Part shown: piece by piece, positions 19,332 to 30,264 of the stretch
Position numbering within the stretch: position 1 is the stretch's first letter
Layout of the letters: the number at the start of each line of letters is the position of its first letter
Assembly: GCA_051532055.1 (NCBI GenBank)
Contig: JAOPTX010000025.1
Location: 1-64,000 of the forward strand
Direction of reading: 5' to 3'
Length of the DNA stretch: 64,000 nucleotides
Origin: Fibrobacterales bacterium
Lineage (GTDB): Bacteria > Fibrobacterota > Fibrobacteria > Fibrobacterales > JAOPTW01
Notes under the pieces: model-generated
Told to the model about the DNA's origin: nothing
Database searches by the model: none
What the model saw: the letters and a program-made list of their open reading frames with translations, nothing else
Program-made: the position numbers and the translations under genes

Positions 19332-19858
19332 TGTTATTTATTCATCCATTAGCTGATGTTAAATCAAAACAAATAGGTTGTGACACTACTATATGGCAAT
19401 TTTGTGTTGTGTTTGAAAATGCAGTTATAGGATCAAACTGTAATATTTGTGCAAACGTTTTAATAGAAAATGATGTAAAAATTGGAAACAATGTTACAGT
19501 GAAGTCTGGTGTCCAATTGTGGGATGGCGTTCAACTTCAGGATAATGTTTTTATTGGTCCAAATGTAACGTTTACAAATGATCTGCTGCCACGATCAAAA
19601 AAATACCCCGAAACTTTTTTAAAAACAATGATCGATAAGTGTGCGAGTATTGGTGCTAACTCTACTATTGTTGGTGGAAGAACAATAGGTGAATATGCAA
19701 TGATTGGTGCGGGAAGCGTTCTTACAAAGGATGTAAACCCCTATGAACTTTGGTATGGGGTACCTGCTGAACACTCTGGGTTTGTTACAAAAAAAGGTGT
19801 GGTTTTGGGATTAGATAAAAAAGACCAAGCAGGAAAAACTTATAATTTAGATGAATAA
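19331..19858 (+). CDS. Hexapeptide-repeat N-acyltransferase (WxcM N-terminal type) for a dTDP-3-amino sugar
   Basis: IHPLADV, IWQFCVV, VTVKSGVQLWDG, IGPNVTFTND..PRS. Confidence 0.85.
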   Translation: MLFIHPLADVKSKQIGCDTTIWQFCVVFENAVIGSNCNICANVLIENDVKIGNNVTVKSGVQLWDGVQLQDNVFIGPNVTFTNDLLPRSKKYPETFLKTMIDKCASIGANSTIVGGRTIGEYAMIGAGSVLTKDVNPYELWYGVPAEHSGFVTKKGVVLGLDKKDQAGKTYNLDE

Positions 19859-19927
19859 TTTGATTGTGTGAGAACCCTACTCTTACAATTAAATTAATTC
19901 TTCAAAAAACGTTAATAAAGAAAACGC

Positions 19928-20890
19928 ATGAAACTACTAAAAATAATTAAATACTTAATTGGTTCTTTTAAACTTAATAAACAAAACATAGGAAAATTTG
20001 CCATTGTTATGGTGGATGGCGGGTTGTGTTCCACAATGGTCAAATATACTCTTGGGAAATATGTTGAGAAACGAACAGGTTTAAAAATTAAATATGATTT
20101 AACTTGGTTTAATGAAAATGGAATGGATTGTGATAAAAAATTTTCAAGAAGCTTTGAGTTGTCGAACCTTTTTCCAAACCTTGATTTCGAAATAGCTACA
20201 AGTGAAGAAATTCAATTGTATAAAAAATATTTTCATGTAAATAATGAATATCCGTATATTTATAATGACAAAGGTTTTATGCAAAATACACCAATGTATA
20301 TTGATGGTTATTATGAACACTGGAAATACCTTGAGTGTGTCAATGAAGAGCTTCATGATACATTAAATTTAGACCAATTGGAATTAAACCAAAAAAATAA
20401 AGATATTGTTGGTGATATTAAAATGTTCGATGAGTCCATAGCTATTCACATTCGAAGAGGTGATTTTGTAAGCTTAGGTCTCTGTATTTTAACCACTGGC
20501 TATTATTTGACAGCAATAAATCATATTATTGGTGAAAAAGGCGTAGAAAAAACAAAGCTTTACTTTTTTTCAAATGATGTTGAATGGATAAAAAAAAATA
20601 TTATTCCACAACTACCTGAAGGTTTAACCTATTTAGTTGTAGATGTGAATGATAATGATACAGGATACTTTGATCTATACCTTATTTCAAAATGTAAACA
20701 CCAGATTTCATCAAATTCCAGCTTTGGTTTTTGGGGTGGCTTTTTAAATAGAGACGAGGAGAAAATTGTGATTGTCCCTGAAAAATGGACCCCAAGTACG
20801 ACAGGTTCAAGTAGGGACTCTGATATGGCTCATCGTACACCAGGGTGGGTTGTTTTGCCTGTTGATGGAGGTGTTAGATATGAAGGTTGA
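19928..20890 (+). CDS. Alpha-1,2-fucosyltransferase (GT11)
   Basis: [32 protein letters not shown]. Confidence 0.85.
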   Translation: MKLLKIIKYLIGSFKLNKQNIGKFAIVMVDGGLCSTMVKYTLGKYVEKRTGLKIKYDLTWFNENGMDCDKKFSRSFELSNLFPNLDFEIATSEEIQLYKKYFHVNNEYPYIYNDKGFMQNTPMYIDGYYEHWKYLECVNEELHDTLNLDQLELNQKNKDIVGDIKMFDESIAIHIRRGDFVSLGLCILTTGYYLTAINHIIGEKGVEKTKLYFFSNDVEWIKKNIIPQLPEGLTYLVVDVNDNDTGYFDLYLISKCKHQISSNSSFGFWGGFLNRDEEKIVIVPEKWTPSTTGSSRDSDMAHRTPGWVVLPVDGGVRYEG

Positions 20891-21983
20891 TTTTTTAAGT
20901 TTAAAAAAAATAAATGACCAATATAGTGTTGAAATAAAAGAGGCTATAAATACTGTAGTAGATTCAGGCTGGTACCTGCTGGGTAATAAAGTAAAAGAAT
21001 TTGAGAAAAATTTTGCTCGTTATTGTGGAGCTAAACACTGTATAGGTGTTGCTAATGGATTAGACGCACTAATTTTAATTATTCGGGCCTACAAGGAGCT
21101 TGGTGAGTTTTCTGAAGGCGATGAAATAATTGTTCCCGCAAATACATATATAGCATCTGTTCTTGCCATTTCAGAAAATAATTTAAAACCTGTTCTTGTT
21201 GAACCTGATCCTAATACATATTTAATTAATGAAAAACTAATTGAACATAGTATTACCGATAGAACAAAAGCCATCCTGACAGTTCATTTATATGGGCAAA
21301 CTACTGAAATGACAGGAATAAATAGTATTGCAAAAAAATATAATCTAAAGGTAATCGAAGATTCTGCCCAAGCTCATGGTGCATACTTTAATCATCAACG
21401 AGCCGGCAATCTTGGTGATGCTAGTGGTTTTAGTTTTTATCCTGGCAAAAACCTTGGAGCTTTAGGAGATGGTGGTGCAGTTACCACAAATGATGATATA
21501 TTGGCAGAGGTTGTCCGGGCGTTAGGGAATTATGGGTCTGAAAAAAAATACATCAATAAATACAAAGGAATAAACAGTAGGTTGGATGAAATTCAAGCTG
21601 CTGTTTTAGATGTAAAATTAAAGTTCCTTGATAAAGAAATTGAGCGCCGCCGAAATATTGCACAAAAGTATATTGATGCTATAAAAAACCCAAAAATTAC
21701 TTTACCCAAAGTTTTTAATAGAGAAAGACATGTCTGGCACCTGTTTGTGATAAGAACTAATAAACGAGAATTATTACAATCATACTTATCAGAAAATGGA
21801 ATACAGACTTTAATTCATTATCCAATACCGCCACATCAACAAGAAGCATATTGTGAAATGAAAAATTTTTCATTTCCCATTACAGAGTTAATCCACAATG
21901 AGGCCCTTAGCCTACCAATTAACCCTTGTATGAATGATGATGAAGTAAAGTTTGTTATTGAAAAAATAAACAAATGGTCATAA
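20880..21983 (+). CDS. DegT/DnrJ/EryC1/StrS aminotransferase (FdtB/QdtB-like)
   Basis: [49 protein letters not shown]. Confidence 0.92.
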   Translation: MKVDFLSLKKINDQYSVEIKEAINTVVDSGWYLLGNKVKEFEKNFARYCGAKHCIGVANGLDALILIIRAYKELGEFSEGDEIIVPANTYIASVLAISENNLKPVLVEPDPNTYLINEKLIEHSITDRTKAILTVHLYGQTTEMTGINSIAKKYNLKVIEDSAQAHGAYFNHQRAGNLGDASGFSFYPGKNLGALGDGGAVTTNDDILAEVVRALGNYGSEKKYINKYKGINSRLDEIQAAVLDVKLKFLDKEIERRRNIAQKYIDAIKNPKITLPKVFNRERHVWHLFVIRTNKRELLQSYLSENGIQTLIHYPIPPHQQEAYCEMKNFSFPITELIHNEALSLPINPCMNDDEVKFVIEKINKWS

Positions 21984-22023
21984 TACATTCAGTTCAGTTT
22001 AAATCAGAAAAAAAAGGCAAAAA

Positions 22024-23442
22024 TTGCTAAAGAATTTTATTTGGAGTGCTGTAGAAAAGGTTTCTATACAAGTAGTATCCTTTGTATTAAGTGTGATATT
22101 GGCAAGAATTCTTGATCCTAGTGATTATGGAATTATTGGCATGATTACAATATTTATAGCACTCTCTCAAATAATGGTCAATGGTGGCATATCACATGCA
22201 TTAATTCAAAAACAGGATTGTACAGATACAGACTACTCTACATCTTTTTATTTTAATGTCACAATGAGTGTGGCTCTGTATTGTATTCTTTATTTTGCTG
22301 CACCGTTAGTAGCTGACTTTTATAACAAACCTGAGTTGATAAGTATATTACGGGTAATGTGCATCACATTTGTTTTAAACTCATTAACAGTGGTTCATTT
22401 GGCAAAGCTAAACCTGGTAATGGATTTTAAGTCGCTTGCAAAAGTTAATTTAATAGGAACTGTTGTTAGCGGTAGCGCAGGTATCTATATGGCATATACT
22501 GGTTTTGGAGTCTGGGCATTAGTATATCAAAATGTTTTACGGTCCACTATAGTTGTTATAACACTTTCACTTATGATTAAGTGGATACCTAGGCATGCTT
22601 TTTCTATAGAGTCATTTAAGAGGTTGTTCACGTTTGGATCTAAACTTGTCATAGCGGGAATTTATGGCACAATCTATAGTAACATTTATATGGTTGTTAT
22701 AGGAAAATACTATAAAATTGAAGATGTGGGTTATTTTACGCGGGCAAGACAATTTGTAGATATACCATCCGGATTAATGTCTAACATTGCAAGAAGTGTA
22801 TCTTTTCCTCTGCTAAGCTCATTGCAAAATGATAAATCAAAACTATTAGAAGTAAACAGAAAAGTAACAAGCGTGATGGCGTTTTGCACAATTCCTGCTA
22901 TGACTTTATTTGCTTTGTTAGCAAAACCACTGATCATAGTTGTGTTAACTGAAAAGTGGTTACCTATAGTACCACTATTACAATGGCTTTGTTTTTCCAG
23001 AATGATAACCCCTATTAATGAATTAAACATGAGTACACTAAACTCATTAGGAAAGCCAGGACTATTTCTTAAGGTGGATTTACTTATGGCGCCTGTATTA
23101 ATTTTATCTATGATAATTACTTTTCCTATTGGTTTGAACGCAATTGCAATTGGAATAGTTTGTACTTCTTGGATTGCTTTTTTTGTTAATTCCTATTTTC
23201 CGGGAAAATTGATAGGGTATGGCGCACTTAAGCAGTTGTATGACTTTAGAAAAACCTTTATTTCTACTTTAATTATGGCGTTTTCAGTATACCAGGGTAT
23301 GCTTTTAGTTTCGAACAATTATTTGCAAATTTTAGTTGGAACAGTTGTCGCTGTAGTATCCTTTTTAATTCCATCATACTTGTTTAAGAGCCCAGAAATT
23401 GAAATAATTATGAATAAATTTTCTAGAAAAAAGCCAATATAA
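22024..23442 (+). CDS. wzx: Polysaccharide flippase (Wzx)
   Basis: Multi-TM protein; LARILDPSDYG, FGVWALV, LFTFGSKL; start codon (TTG) uncertain. Confidence 0.88.
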   Translation: MLKNFIWSAVEKVSIQVVSFVLSVILARILDPSDYGIIGMITIFIALSQIMVNGGISHALIQKQDCTDTDYSTSFYFNVTMSVALYCILYFAAPLVADFYNKPELISILRVMCITFVLNSLTVVHLAKLNLVMDFKSLAKVNLIGTVVSGSAGIYMAYTGFGVWALVYQNVLRSTIVVITLSLMIKWIPRHAFSIESFKRLFTFGSKLVIAGIYGTIYSNIYMVVIGKYYKIEDVGYFTRARQFVDIPSGLMSNIARSVSFPLLSSLQNDKSKLLEVNRKVTSVMAFCTIPAMTLFALLAKPLIIVVLTEKWLPIVPLLQWLCFSRMITPINELNMSTLNSLGKPGLFLKVDLLMAPVLILSMIITFPIGLNAIAIGIVCTSWIAFFVNSYFPGKLIGYGALKQLYDFRKTFISTLIMAFSVYQGMLLVSNNYLQILVGTVVAVVSFLIPSYLFKSPEIEIIMNKFSRKKPI

Positions 23443-23487
23443 CCTTTGCTAATTATTAAACCTTCCAATCTTTAAAAAAGTTCAATT

Positions 23488-24591
23488 ATGAATGTAAATA
23501 GTAATACAAAAACAATTAAGGGTTTAGTTTCATTTTGTTGCTTAGGTTATAATCATGGAGAGTATTTAGAAGAGTGTATTAAAAGTATCTGGAGCCAGGA
23601 ATATACTAGTATTGAGATTATTGCTTTAGATGATGGGTCACAAGATGGTAGCTCAGATATTTTAAAAAAGTGTGAAAAAAAATCTCCAATACCAATGACC
23701 ATTATATTGCAAAATAACTCTGGGAATATTGCAAAAAACTTTAATACTTTAATATCTAAAGCTAATGGAGAATTCCTGTTTTTTATTGCCTTAGATGATG
23801 TTGTTAAAAAAAAATCGCTCTCTTCAAAGGTTCCTTTTTTTAATAAAGACAACAATCTTGTGTTTGTTGCTAATACATCAACAGATTATATTGATGGTAA
23901 AAGTAATATTATAGAAAGAGACGTATTATACCTTGATTGGTCTACAGAAGACTATAATAATGCTAGTGAGTTATTAGAGTTAGAGTATAAGTATATTGGA
24001 ACCTTTTATATTCAGGGAACTTTATTTAAAAAAGAAGCAGTATTGACTGTAAATGGATTTGATGACGATTTACTGGGCGATGATATTATATTAAGAACTA
24101 AAATTTTTAATTATATGGTTAAAAACGAACACCTTACCTTCAAATTACTTAGTCAACCAGGGGTAAGTTATCGTCATCACGATAGCAATATCCATAAAAA
24201 TAGTGTCAGACAGATTCGGCTGGTTAAAGAGTGGAAGGACAGGTATTTTCCTGAACGGCGGCCACCATTAAAATTTATTGAGTGGATTAAAAATACAATT
24301 CATGCAGAGTTATCAACTGGAAAGCTGGATAATATTCCTGAATTAATAAACATTTTAAAAGACTTGAATTTTAAAACCGATGACATTCCGAAAGTAATTC
24401 ATCAAATGTTTTTACTGACAAAAGATTATAGGTATTTAATTCCATTTATATTTGAGATACGTGTATTAAAGATGTTAAATAGAAAAGAAGCTTATATAAG
24501 AATTTTAGGGATCAAAATTATTGAATTGAGAAAAGTTAATAATTACAAGATGCTCTATTTTTGCGGAATAAAAGTTTATGAATTAAAATAA
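23488..24591 (+). CDS. Glycosyltransferase family 2
   Basis: YNHGEYLEECIKSI, IIALDDGSQD, FIALDD. Confidence 0.85.
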   Translation: MNVNSNTKTIKGLVSFCCLGYNHGEYLEECIKSIWSQEYTSIEIIALDDGSQDGSSDILKKCEKKSPIPMTIILQNNSGNIAKNFNTLISKANGEFLFFIALDDVVKKKSLSSKVPFFNKDNNLVFVANTSTDYIDGKSNIIERDVLYLDWSTEDYNNASELLELEYKYIGTFYIQGTLFKKEAVLTVNGFDDDLLGDDIILRTKIFNYMVKNEHLTFKLLSQPGVSYRHHDSNIHKNSVRQIRLVKEWKDRYFPERRPPLKFIEWIKNTIHAELSTGKLDNIPELINILKDLNFKTDDIPKVIHQMFLLTKDYRYLIPFIFEIRVLKMLNRKEAYIRILGIKIIELRKVNNYKMLYFCGIKVYELK

Positions 24592-24652
24592 GGCGTGTAA
24601 GTTATTGAATTAATAGAAATATTTGATAATTTCCAAGTTAAGTAAACTAAAA

Positions 24653-25528
24653 TTAATTATTAATCCAGTTAGCCAATACACGACTTGCTTTATTAGCCCC
24701 TGAGCTTGTCAGGTGATCACCATCAGGTAAATAATCGTTGTCAGTAAGCTCTAAACTATTAAAATCAAATTTTGAAATACTATAGTAAGTAATTAATGAG
24801 CTATATTTTTCCTTAAAGCTTTCGGGAACAAGGTTGACATACTTAGGGTGTTTAGGGGTATTCAATAAAATGAGCGTTATATTTTTTTGTTTGCAGTATG
24901 CATAAAACTTATCTAAATAAGCTAGTTGAATATTAGAAAACTTTTGTAATGTTTTATCTGAGTAGAATTGTCCATTTGCCCTCTCATATATTAGTTTATC
25001 GTTGATATGAACATCCGTCACATAGTTTTTAAAAGATCCAATTGTTTCAGACCTACCTTGGAAAAAATTAGTGAATTCTTCCAGGGTAGTTTTAATAAAT
25101 AAGTTAAGAGGTTTTTCTGTCTTTGTAAGTAAAAAGAGTTGCTTTGTGAGTGGAACATGATATAAAAATTTGGAAGTAAGGTGGTTACAATAAATTATCG
25201 GATCATAATATGATGATAGTGTGTGAAAGCTGAAACCTAGAAAAACTGTATCAATGTGGGGGTTAAGTTCCTTTAGTTTTATCAACTTATAATAGGAATA
25301 CATTAATGCTTCGCTGCTTGTTGCGATATTTTTGGAGCCACTAATTAAGCTGTCATTAATGGCGTATTCAACTTGAGAATCACCAATAAAGAGTGTGTGA
25401 ACTTTTGACTCGAGGAGAAAAGGACCTGTGTTAAGGCGCACAAAAATATTAGTAACAATAAATAAAACAACAATTAGAAGTATTGAAGTTAAGAAGAAGA
25501 GCGATATGGTTTTTAAAAATTTTGTCAT
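24653..25528 (-). CDS. SGNH-like exported acyltransferase partner of the MBOAT protein
   Basis: N-terminal TM helix, FIGDS motif and C-terminal DGDHL; 2 bp downstream of the MBOAT gene. Confidence 0.6.
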   Translation of the reverse strand: MTKFLKTISLFFLTSILLIVVLFIVTNIFVRLNTGPFLLESKVHTLFIGDSQVEYAINDSLISGSKNIATSSEALMYSYYKLIKLKELNPHIDTVFLGFSFHTLSSYYDPIIYCNHLTSKFLYHVPLTKQLFLLTKTEKPLNLFIKTTLEEFTNFFQGRSETIGSFKNYVTDVHINDKLIYERANGQFYSDKTLQKFSNIQLAYLDKFYAYCKQKNITLILLNTPKHPKYVNLVPESFKEKYSSLITYYSISKFDFNSLELTDNDYLPDGDHLTSSGANKASRVLANWINN

Positions 25529-25530
25529 AA

Positions 25531-26979
25531 TTAAAACTGAAAGTAAATGAATTGTTGTTCTTGAGCGCCATAAAATAAAATGAGAAATATTGTTATGAAA
25601 TAGAAAGTCCAGCGAAAGAAGCGAGGTTTTTTAGAACCAAAAGATTCAATTGCGTATTGATGGGCTCTTCCATTCCATTCAAATATTGTAAAGACGCCTA
25701 CAAAAAGAAGTATTTTCAATGCTTGTTTTTTTACGTTGATATCCGGAATAGAAAAAGTGGACAAAGAAAATATTGTATTGATATAATTTATTGCATGTTC
25801 AATGTTGTCTGCTCTGAAAAATATCCACGCGAGAACAACCATGCTAAATGTAGAAAGCATTTGCCACAACTCATAAAAAGAGGGTATGGTTTTGTCTTTT
25901 GCAACAATATCGAAGTTTTGGCGGTTTTTATTGAGAAGTAAAAGTGGTAGAAAAAATAATGCATTTAACCCTCCCCACGCAATAAATGTCCAATTTGCCC
26001 CATGCCAAAATCCACTGACTATGAAAATAATGAAAACATTTTTAACTCTTTTCGAGGCTGTACCATGGCTTCCTCCAAGTGGAATGTACAAATAATCGCG
26101 AAACCAGGTAGAGAGTGAAATGTGCCATCTTCTCCAGAATTCTGCTATATCTCTTGAAAAATATGGATACGCGAAATTTCGCATAAGAGTAAATCCAAAT
26201 AGACGGGACGTACCAATAGCAATATCAGAATACCCTGAAAAGTCACCATATATTTGAAAGCTGAAGAAAATAGCGCCTAAAATAAGTGTGCTACCATTGT
26301 AATCATTGGAGTTGTTGAAGATTAGGTTTGCAAATTCAGCGCAATTATCAGCTATAACAATTTTTTTAAAAAGGCCCCATAATATTTGGCGTAACCCATC
26401 TGTGGCATTAAAATAGTCAAAAGATCTTTTTTTATAAAATTGAGGCAATAGGTTTGATGCACGTTCTATGGGGCCAGCGACTAATTGTGGAAAAAAACTG
26501 ACGAATGTAGAAAAAGCAATAAAATCTTTTGTAGGTTTGAGTTTTTGCCTATAAATATCAATAGTATAGCTTAGGGTTTGAAATGTATAAAAGCTAATAC
26601 CTACAGGTAAGATAATGTTTAAAGAGCTTGCCTGGATATCATAGCCCATGAAGGTGAATGCGGAGATAAAATTATCTAGGAAGAAGTTGTAATATTTAAA
26701 AAATCCAAGAAAGCCTAGGTTTGTTATTATACTTATCCAAAGAAGTGTTTTTCTTTTAGAAGGTTGTTGAGTTGTAGATAGTTTTAGTCCTACTGTATAA
26801 TCAACTATTGTGCTGAACAGTATTAGGGATAAAAATCTCCAATCCCACCACCCATAAAAAAGATAGCTGGCAACAAGAACTAGGCAATTCTGCTGTTTAA
26901 GGTTTTTATTGAAAACAAACCAGTATAATACAAAAATTATTGGCAGGAATATTGCAAAATCTAAGGAGTTAAAAAACAT
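25531..26979 (-). CDS. MBOAT O-acyltransferase (AlgI/DltB-like)
   Basis: LPVGISFYTFQ, FFPQLVAGPIER, DFSGYSDIA, FWRRWHISLSTWFRDYLYIPLGG, GFWHGA. Confidence 0.93.
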   Translation of the reverse strand: MFFNSLDFAIFLPIIFVLYWFVFNKNLKQQNCLVLVASYLFYGWWDWRFLSLILFSTIVDYTVGLKLSTTQQPSKRKTLLWISIITNLGFLGFFKYYNFFLDNFISAFTFMGYDIQASSLNIILPVGISFYTFQTLSYTIDIYRQKLKPTKDFIAFSTFVSFFPQLVAGPIERASNLLPQFYKKRSFDYFNATDGLRQILWGLFKKIVIADNCAEFANLIFNNSNDYNGSTLILGAIFFSFQIYGDFSGYSDIAIGTSRLFGFTLMRNFAYPYFSRDIAEFWRRWHISLSTWFRDYLYIPLGGSHGTASKRVKNVFIIFIVSGFWHGANWTFIAWGGLNALFFLPLLLLNKNRQNFDIVAKDKTIPSFYELWQMLSTFSMVVLAWIFFRADNIEHAINYINTIFSLSTFSIPDINVKKQALKILLFVGVFTIFEWNGRAHQYAIESFGSKKPRFFRWTFYFITIFLILFYGAQEQQFIYFQF

Positions 26980-27234
26980 GATATAATACCAATAGAGCTC
27001 TTTTTCCGAAAATATTTAGTTTTAAAAAACAAATTATCAAATAGGTGTTGGTCTGAATGGGAAAATTTTAACGAAATATAATAAATAATTTTTGCAATTA
27101 TGACAAAAGGATCTTGTTAGATAAGAGATATGTATAATACAGGTTATTTGGCATGTAGATTTATTGGTGGGCTTTTAGATGTACGGTAAATACTTATATT
27201 TAGGAGAACAACACAATTTTTCCCTACAATTAAA

Positions 27235-28113
27235 ATGGCAGACACAAAACACAATCATCTCTTAAATCAAGCTGTGGCAGTTGTTGTCCTGTATAACCCT
27301 CATGAAAATGAATTTAATAGAATAGTTAAACACAGCAAAATATTTGCTGAGTTGATTGTTATCGATAATTCAAGTACTTCTTTTAAAGACCGTTTACTTG
27401 GGTTACCGGGGGTTCAGTATGTCGGCAACATGCAAAACTATGGAATAGCAAAAGCATTTAATCAGGGACTAGCTTACGCCAATAAACACTCCTATAAATA
27501 TTGCTTGATGATGGATCAAGATAGTGAAATTGATAAGCAGTCAGTTTTAAATCTAATTAGGTCTTTTGAATTAAAACCAGAAGCATTTATTTGCACTTCA
27601 ACCATTCAGGAATATAATCAAAGTGAAACGACACAGGCATTGGAAGAGTCGCAGATTTTACAAATTCCAGTTTGTATAAGTTCCGGATCTTTGGTTAATG
27701 TTAGCTTACTTGAAAAAGTAGGGTACCATGATGAAAAAATGTTTATTGATTATGTAGATTTTGAAATATGTTTACGAGCTGCAAAATTTGGGCTTTATAC
27801 GTACCAAGTGAAGGGCGCCACTTTAAAGCATCAATTAGGCGATCAAAAAAAGCATGAATTATTTGGCTTTACTTTCTATCCAACACATCACTCTGCCTTA
27901 AGAAAATATTATAAAACGAGAAATATGTTATATGTATTTGTTAAGTACTTTACAAGTAATCCTAAATGGGTTTTACAGAAAATTAAATTTACACTATATG
28001 AACTAATCCTGATGGTTATGTTTGAATCAAACAAGTTAAAAAAAATAAAGGCTTACTTATTTGGATTTAAGGATTTTATTTTGGGTAACTATCAAATTCG
28101 GAAAAAAATATAA
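27235..28113 (+). CDS. GT2 rhamnosyltransferase-like
   Basis: VVVLYNP, VIDNS, GIAKAFNQG, MDQDS, ISSGSL, FIDYVDFE, RKYYKTRN. Confidence 0.85.
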   Translation: MADTKHNHLLNQAVAVVVLYNPHENEFNRIVKHSKIFAELIVIDNSSTSFKDRLLGLPGVQYVGNMQNYGIAKAFNQGLAYANKHSYKYCLMMDQDSEIDKQSVLNLIRSFELKPEAFICTSTIQEYNQSETTQALEESQILQIPVCISSGSLVNVSLLEKVGYHDEKMFIDYVDFEICLRAAKFGLYTYQVKGATLKHQLGDQKKHELFGFTFYPTHHSALRKYYKTRNMLYVFVKYFTSNPKWVLQKIKFTLYELILMVMFESNKLKKIKAYLFGFKDFILGNYQIRKKI

Positions 28114-29078
28114 TGGAAATAACGACAGTTGTTGTAACATATGGAGATAGGTGGAGGCATCTAAAAAAAGTTATAGACTCTTTAGAGACTGTTCCACAAA
28201 TTAAATGTCTGGTGATAGTTAACAACGCTTGTTCCTACAATTTAAATGATAGAGTATCAGAGTATAATTTTAATATCAAAGTAATAAACTTGGAATTAAA
28301 TACCGGTTCAGCAAATGGGTTTTATACTGGTATAAAGTATGCGGTTGAAATATTAAGTGCTGAGTATATTTATACACTTGATGATGATACCCGGGTGTTT
28401 TCAGATACGGTTGAACAATTGCTCAAGGCTGCCTGTATTTTACATAATCCAGTAGATCTTGCACTTGTTTCACTGAGGCCTGAGCGCAAAGAGTATCTGA
28501 ATGCATCAAATGGAATAGAACATAAAGTGACACATAATAGCTTCTATGGCTTTCATATGGTAGATAAGGTTGTTAAAGTCCTAGTTCCCAAAAAACCGAA
28601 AGAGTACACCCCTTTAGCTAAGCTTGCTTATGCTCCGTATGGAGGATTGCTTTTATCAAAAAGTATAATTGATAAAATAGGATACCCCAACCCTGACCTG
28701 TTTCTTTATAGTGATGATACAAGTTATACGAGCCAGATAAACAACGTGTGCAATATATATTTAGTAGGTAAAAGTAAACTTGAAGATGTTGATGTATCAT
28801 GGGATCAATCTCAAAAAACATATCGGTCACCTTTATTTGATGAGACTGCACCAAATTTTAGGGTTTTTTATAGTTTAAGAAATAGAGTTTATTTTGAGAG
28901 TAGAACTACTACTAATAATAAAGGAATATATTTCTTAAACATGTTCTTTTATTTTTTATTACATCTAATGATAAACGCTGCTAAAACTAAAGCTCTTTTT
29001 CGAGAGTCAAGGTTTAGAATAATTGCCTCAGCGATTTACTTGGGATTAACTGGAAACTTGAAAAAAAAAGTGGTGTAA
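28113..29078 (+). CDS. Glycosyltransferase family 2
   Basis: VVVTYGDR, NTGSANGF, LDDD, FLYSDD. Confidence 0.8.
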   Translation: MEITTVVVTYGDRWRHLKKVIDSLETVPQIKCLVIVNNACSYNLNDRVSEYNFNIKVINLELNTGSANGFYTGIKYAVEILSAEYIYTLDDDTRVFSDTVEQLLKAACILHNPVDLALVSLRPERKEYLNASNGIEHKVTHNSFYGFHMVDKVVKVLVPKKPKEYTPLAKLAYAPYGGLLLSKSIIDKIGYPNPDLFLYSDDTSYTSQINNVCNIYLVGKSKLEDVDVSWDQSQKTYRSPLFDETAPNFRVFYSLRNRVYFESRTTTNNKGIYFLNMFFYFLLHLMINAAKTKALFRESRFRIIASAIYLGLTGNLKKKVV

Positions 29079-29079
29079 A

Positions 29080-30264
29080 ATGAAGGTTCTATTTTTTAAT
29101 ACATTTTTTTATCCAAATGTTGTTGGTGGAGCAGAAAATTCTGTGAGATTATTAGCAGGAGCTTTAAAAAAACAATCCATTGAACCTGTTATTGTTTCAA
29201 CATCAAATAAAGATTATATTGATTCTGTTGATGGCATTAAAGTCTATTATGTAAAAGTGCCCAACTTATATTGGGGGTTTTATGGAAAGCAACAACCTTT
29301 TTACTTGAAACCTTTTTGGCACTTGATTGATTCGTTCAATCCTTTTGCTTCAAATAAAATCAGAAAGATACTCAAAATTGAAGAACCAAATGTTGTACAC
29401 TCAAACAATTTATGTGGCTTTTCAGTTAATGTATGGAGAGTAGTGAAAAGTATGAATATTCCTATCGTTCATACTATGCGTGATTATTATTTGTTATGCC
29501 CAAAATCTACCATGTTTTATAATGGTAAAAATGCAGACCCCCTTCCTCTAACGGCAAAGATATATTCTATACCAAAAAAAATATTGAGTAAAAAGGTGGA
29601 TGCTGTTGTTGGGGTTAGTGATTTTATATTGCAAAGACATTTAAAAGATGAATACTTTAAAAATGCAAAAGTAAAGACTCATATCTATAACCCTTCTCCG
29701 CAGCTTAGTGAAAACCATGAAAATAAGGTAAATAATAATAAACTTGTTTTTGGATATGTTGGATTGATTAGCCCTACAAAGGGAGTTGAAAAGTTAATCC
29801 AGGAGTTTAACCTTGCTAAATCGAATGGTTCAAAGCTTCTGATTTTTGGGAAAGGAGAAACTGAAAAGTATTATAATTATATGGTGGATACTTATTCTAG
29901 TGATACTGTAAAGTTTATGGGTTATGAGAAAGTTGATAATATATATCGGCAAATTAATATTTTGATTATTTGTTCACTTTGGCATGAGCCTTTTCCTAGA
30001 ACCTTAATAGAAGCCTACACTTATGGAATTCCTGTTGTTGCAAGTAATACAGGTGGCACACAAGCAATGGTTAAAGAGGGTGTTACAGGGTTTATCTATG
30101 ATCCATTCATCGGCGGTAATTTAGCAAAAAGTATATATAAAATAAGCAATGTTAATTTGAGTTCACTGTCGTCTAATGCCAGAGATATAAGTAAATCTTT
30201 TTTAGAAGAGACAATTATTAGCGAATATATTTCTGTTTATAGAAATGTTATTTCAAACAGTTAG
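29080..30264 (+). CDS. Glycosyltransferase family 4
   Basis: GGAE, HTMRDYYLLCP, EPFPRTLIEA..GIPVVAS. Confidence 0.88.
   Translation: MKVLFFNTFFYPNVVGGAENSVRLLAGALKKQSIEPVIVSTSNKDYIDSVDGIKVYYVKVPNLYWGFYGKQQPFYLKPFWHLIDSFNPFASNKIRKILKIEEPNVVHSNNLCGFSVNVWRVVKSMNIPIVHTMRDYYLLCPKSTMFYNGKNADPLPLTAKIYSIPKKILSKKVDAVVGVSDFILQRHLKDEYFKNAKVKTHIYNPSPQLSENHENKVNNNKLVFGYVGLISPTKGVEKLIQEFNLAKSNGSKLLIFGKGETEKYYNYMVDTYSSDTVKFMGYEKVDNIYRQINILIICSLWHEPFPRTLIEAYTYGIPVVASNTGGTQAMVKEGVTGFIYDPFIGGNLAKSIYKISNVNLSSLSSNARDISKSFLEETIISEYISVYRNVISNS

Noticed and set aside
21974..22030. Phase-variable poly-A frameshift at the wzx start
   Set aside because: An upstream ATG (21974) is out of frame across an A8 run, but such runs are common at this AT content and a TTG start gives a near full-length Wzx.
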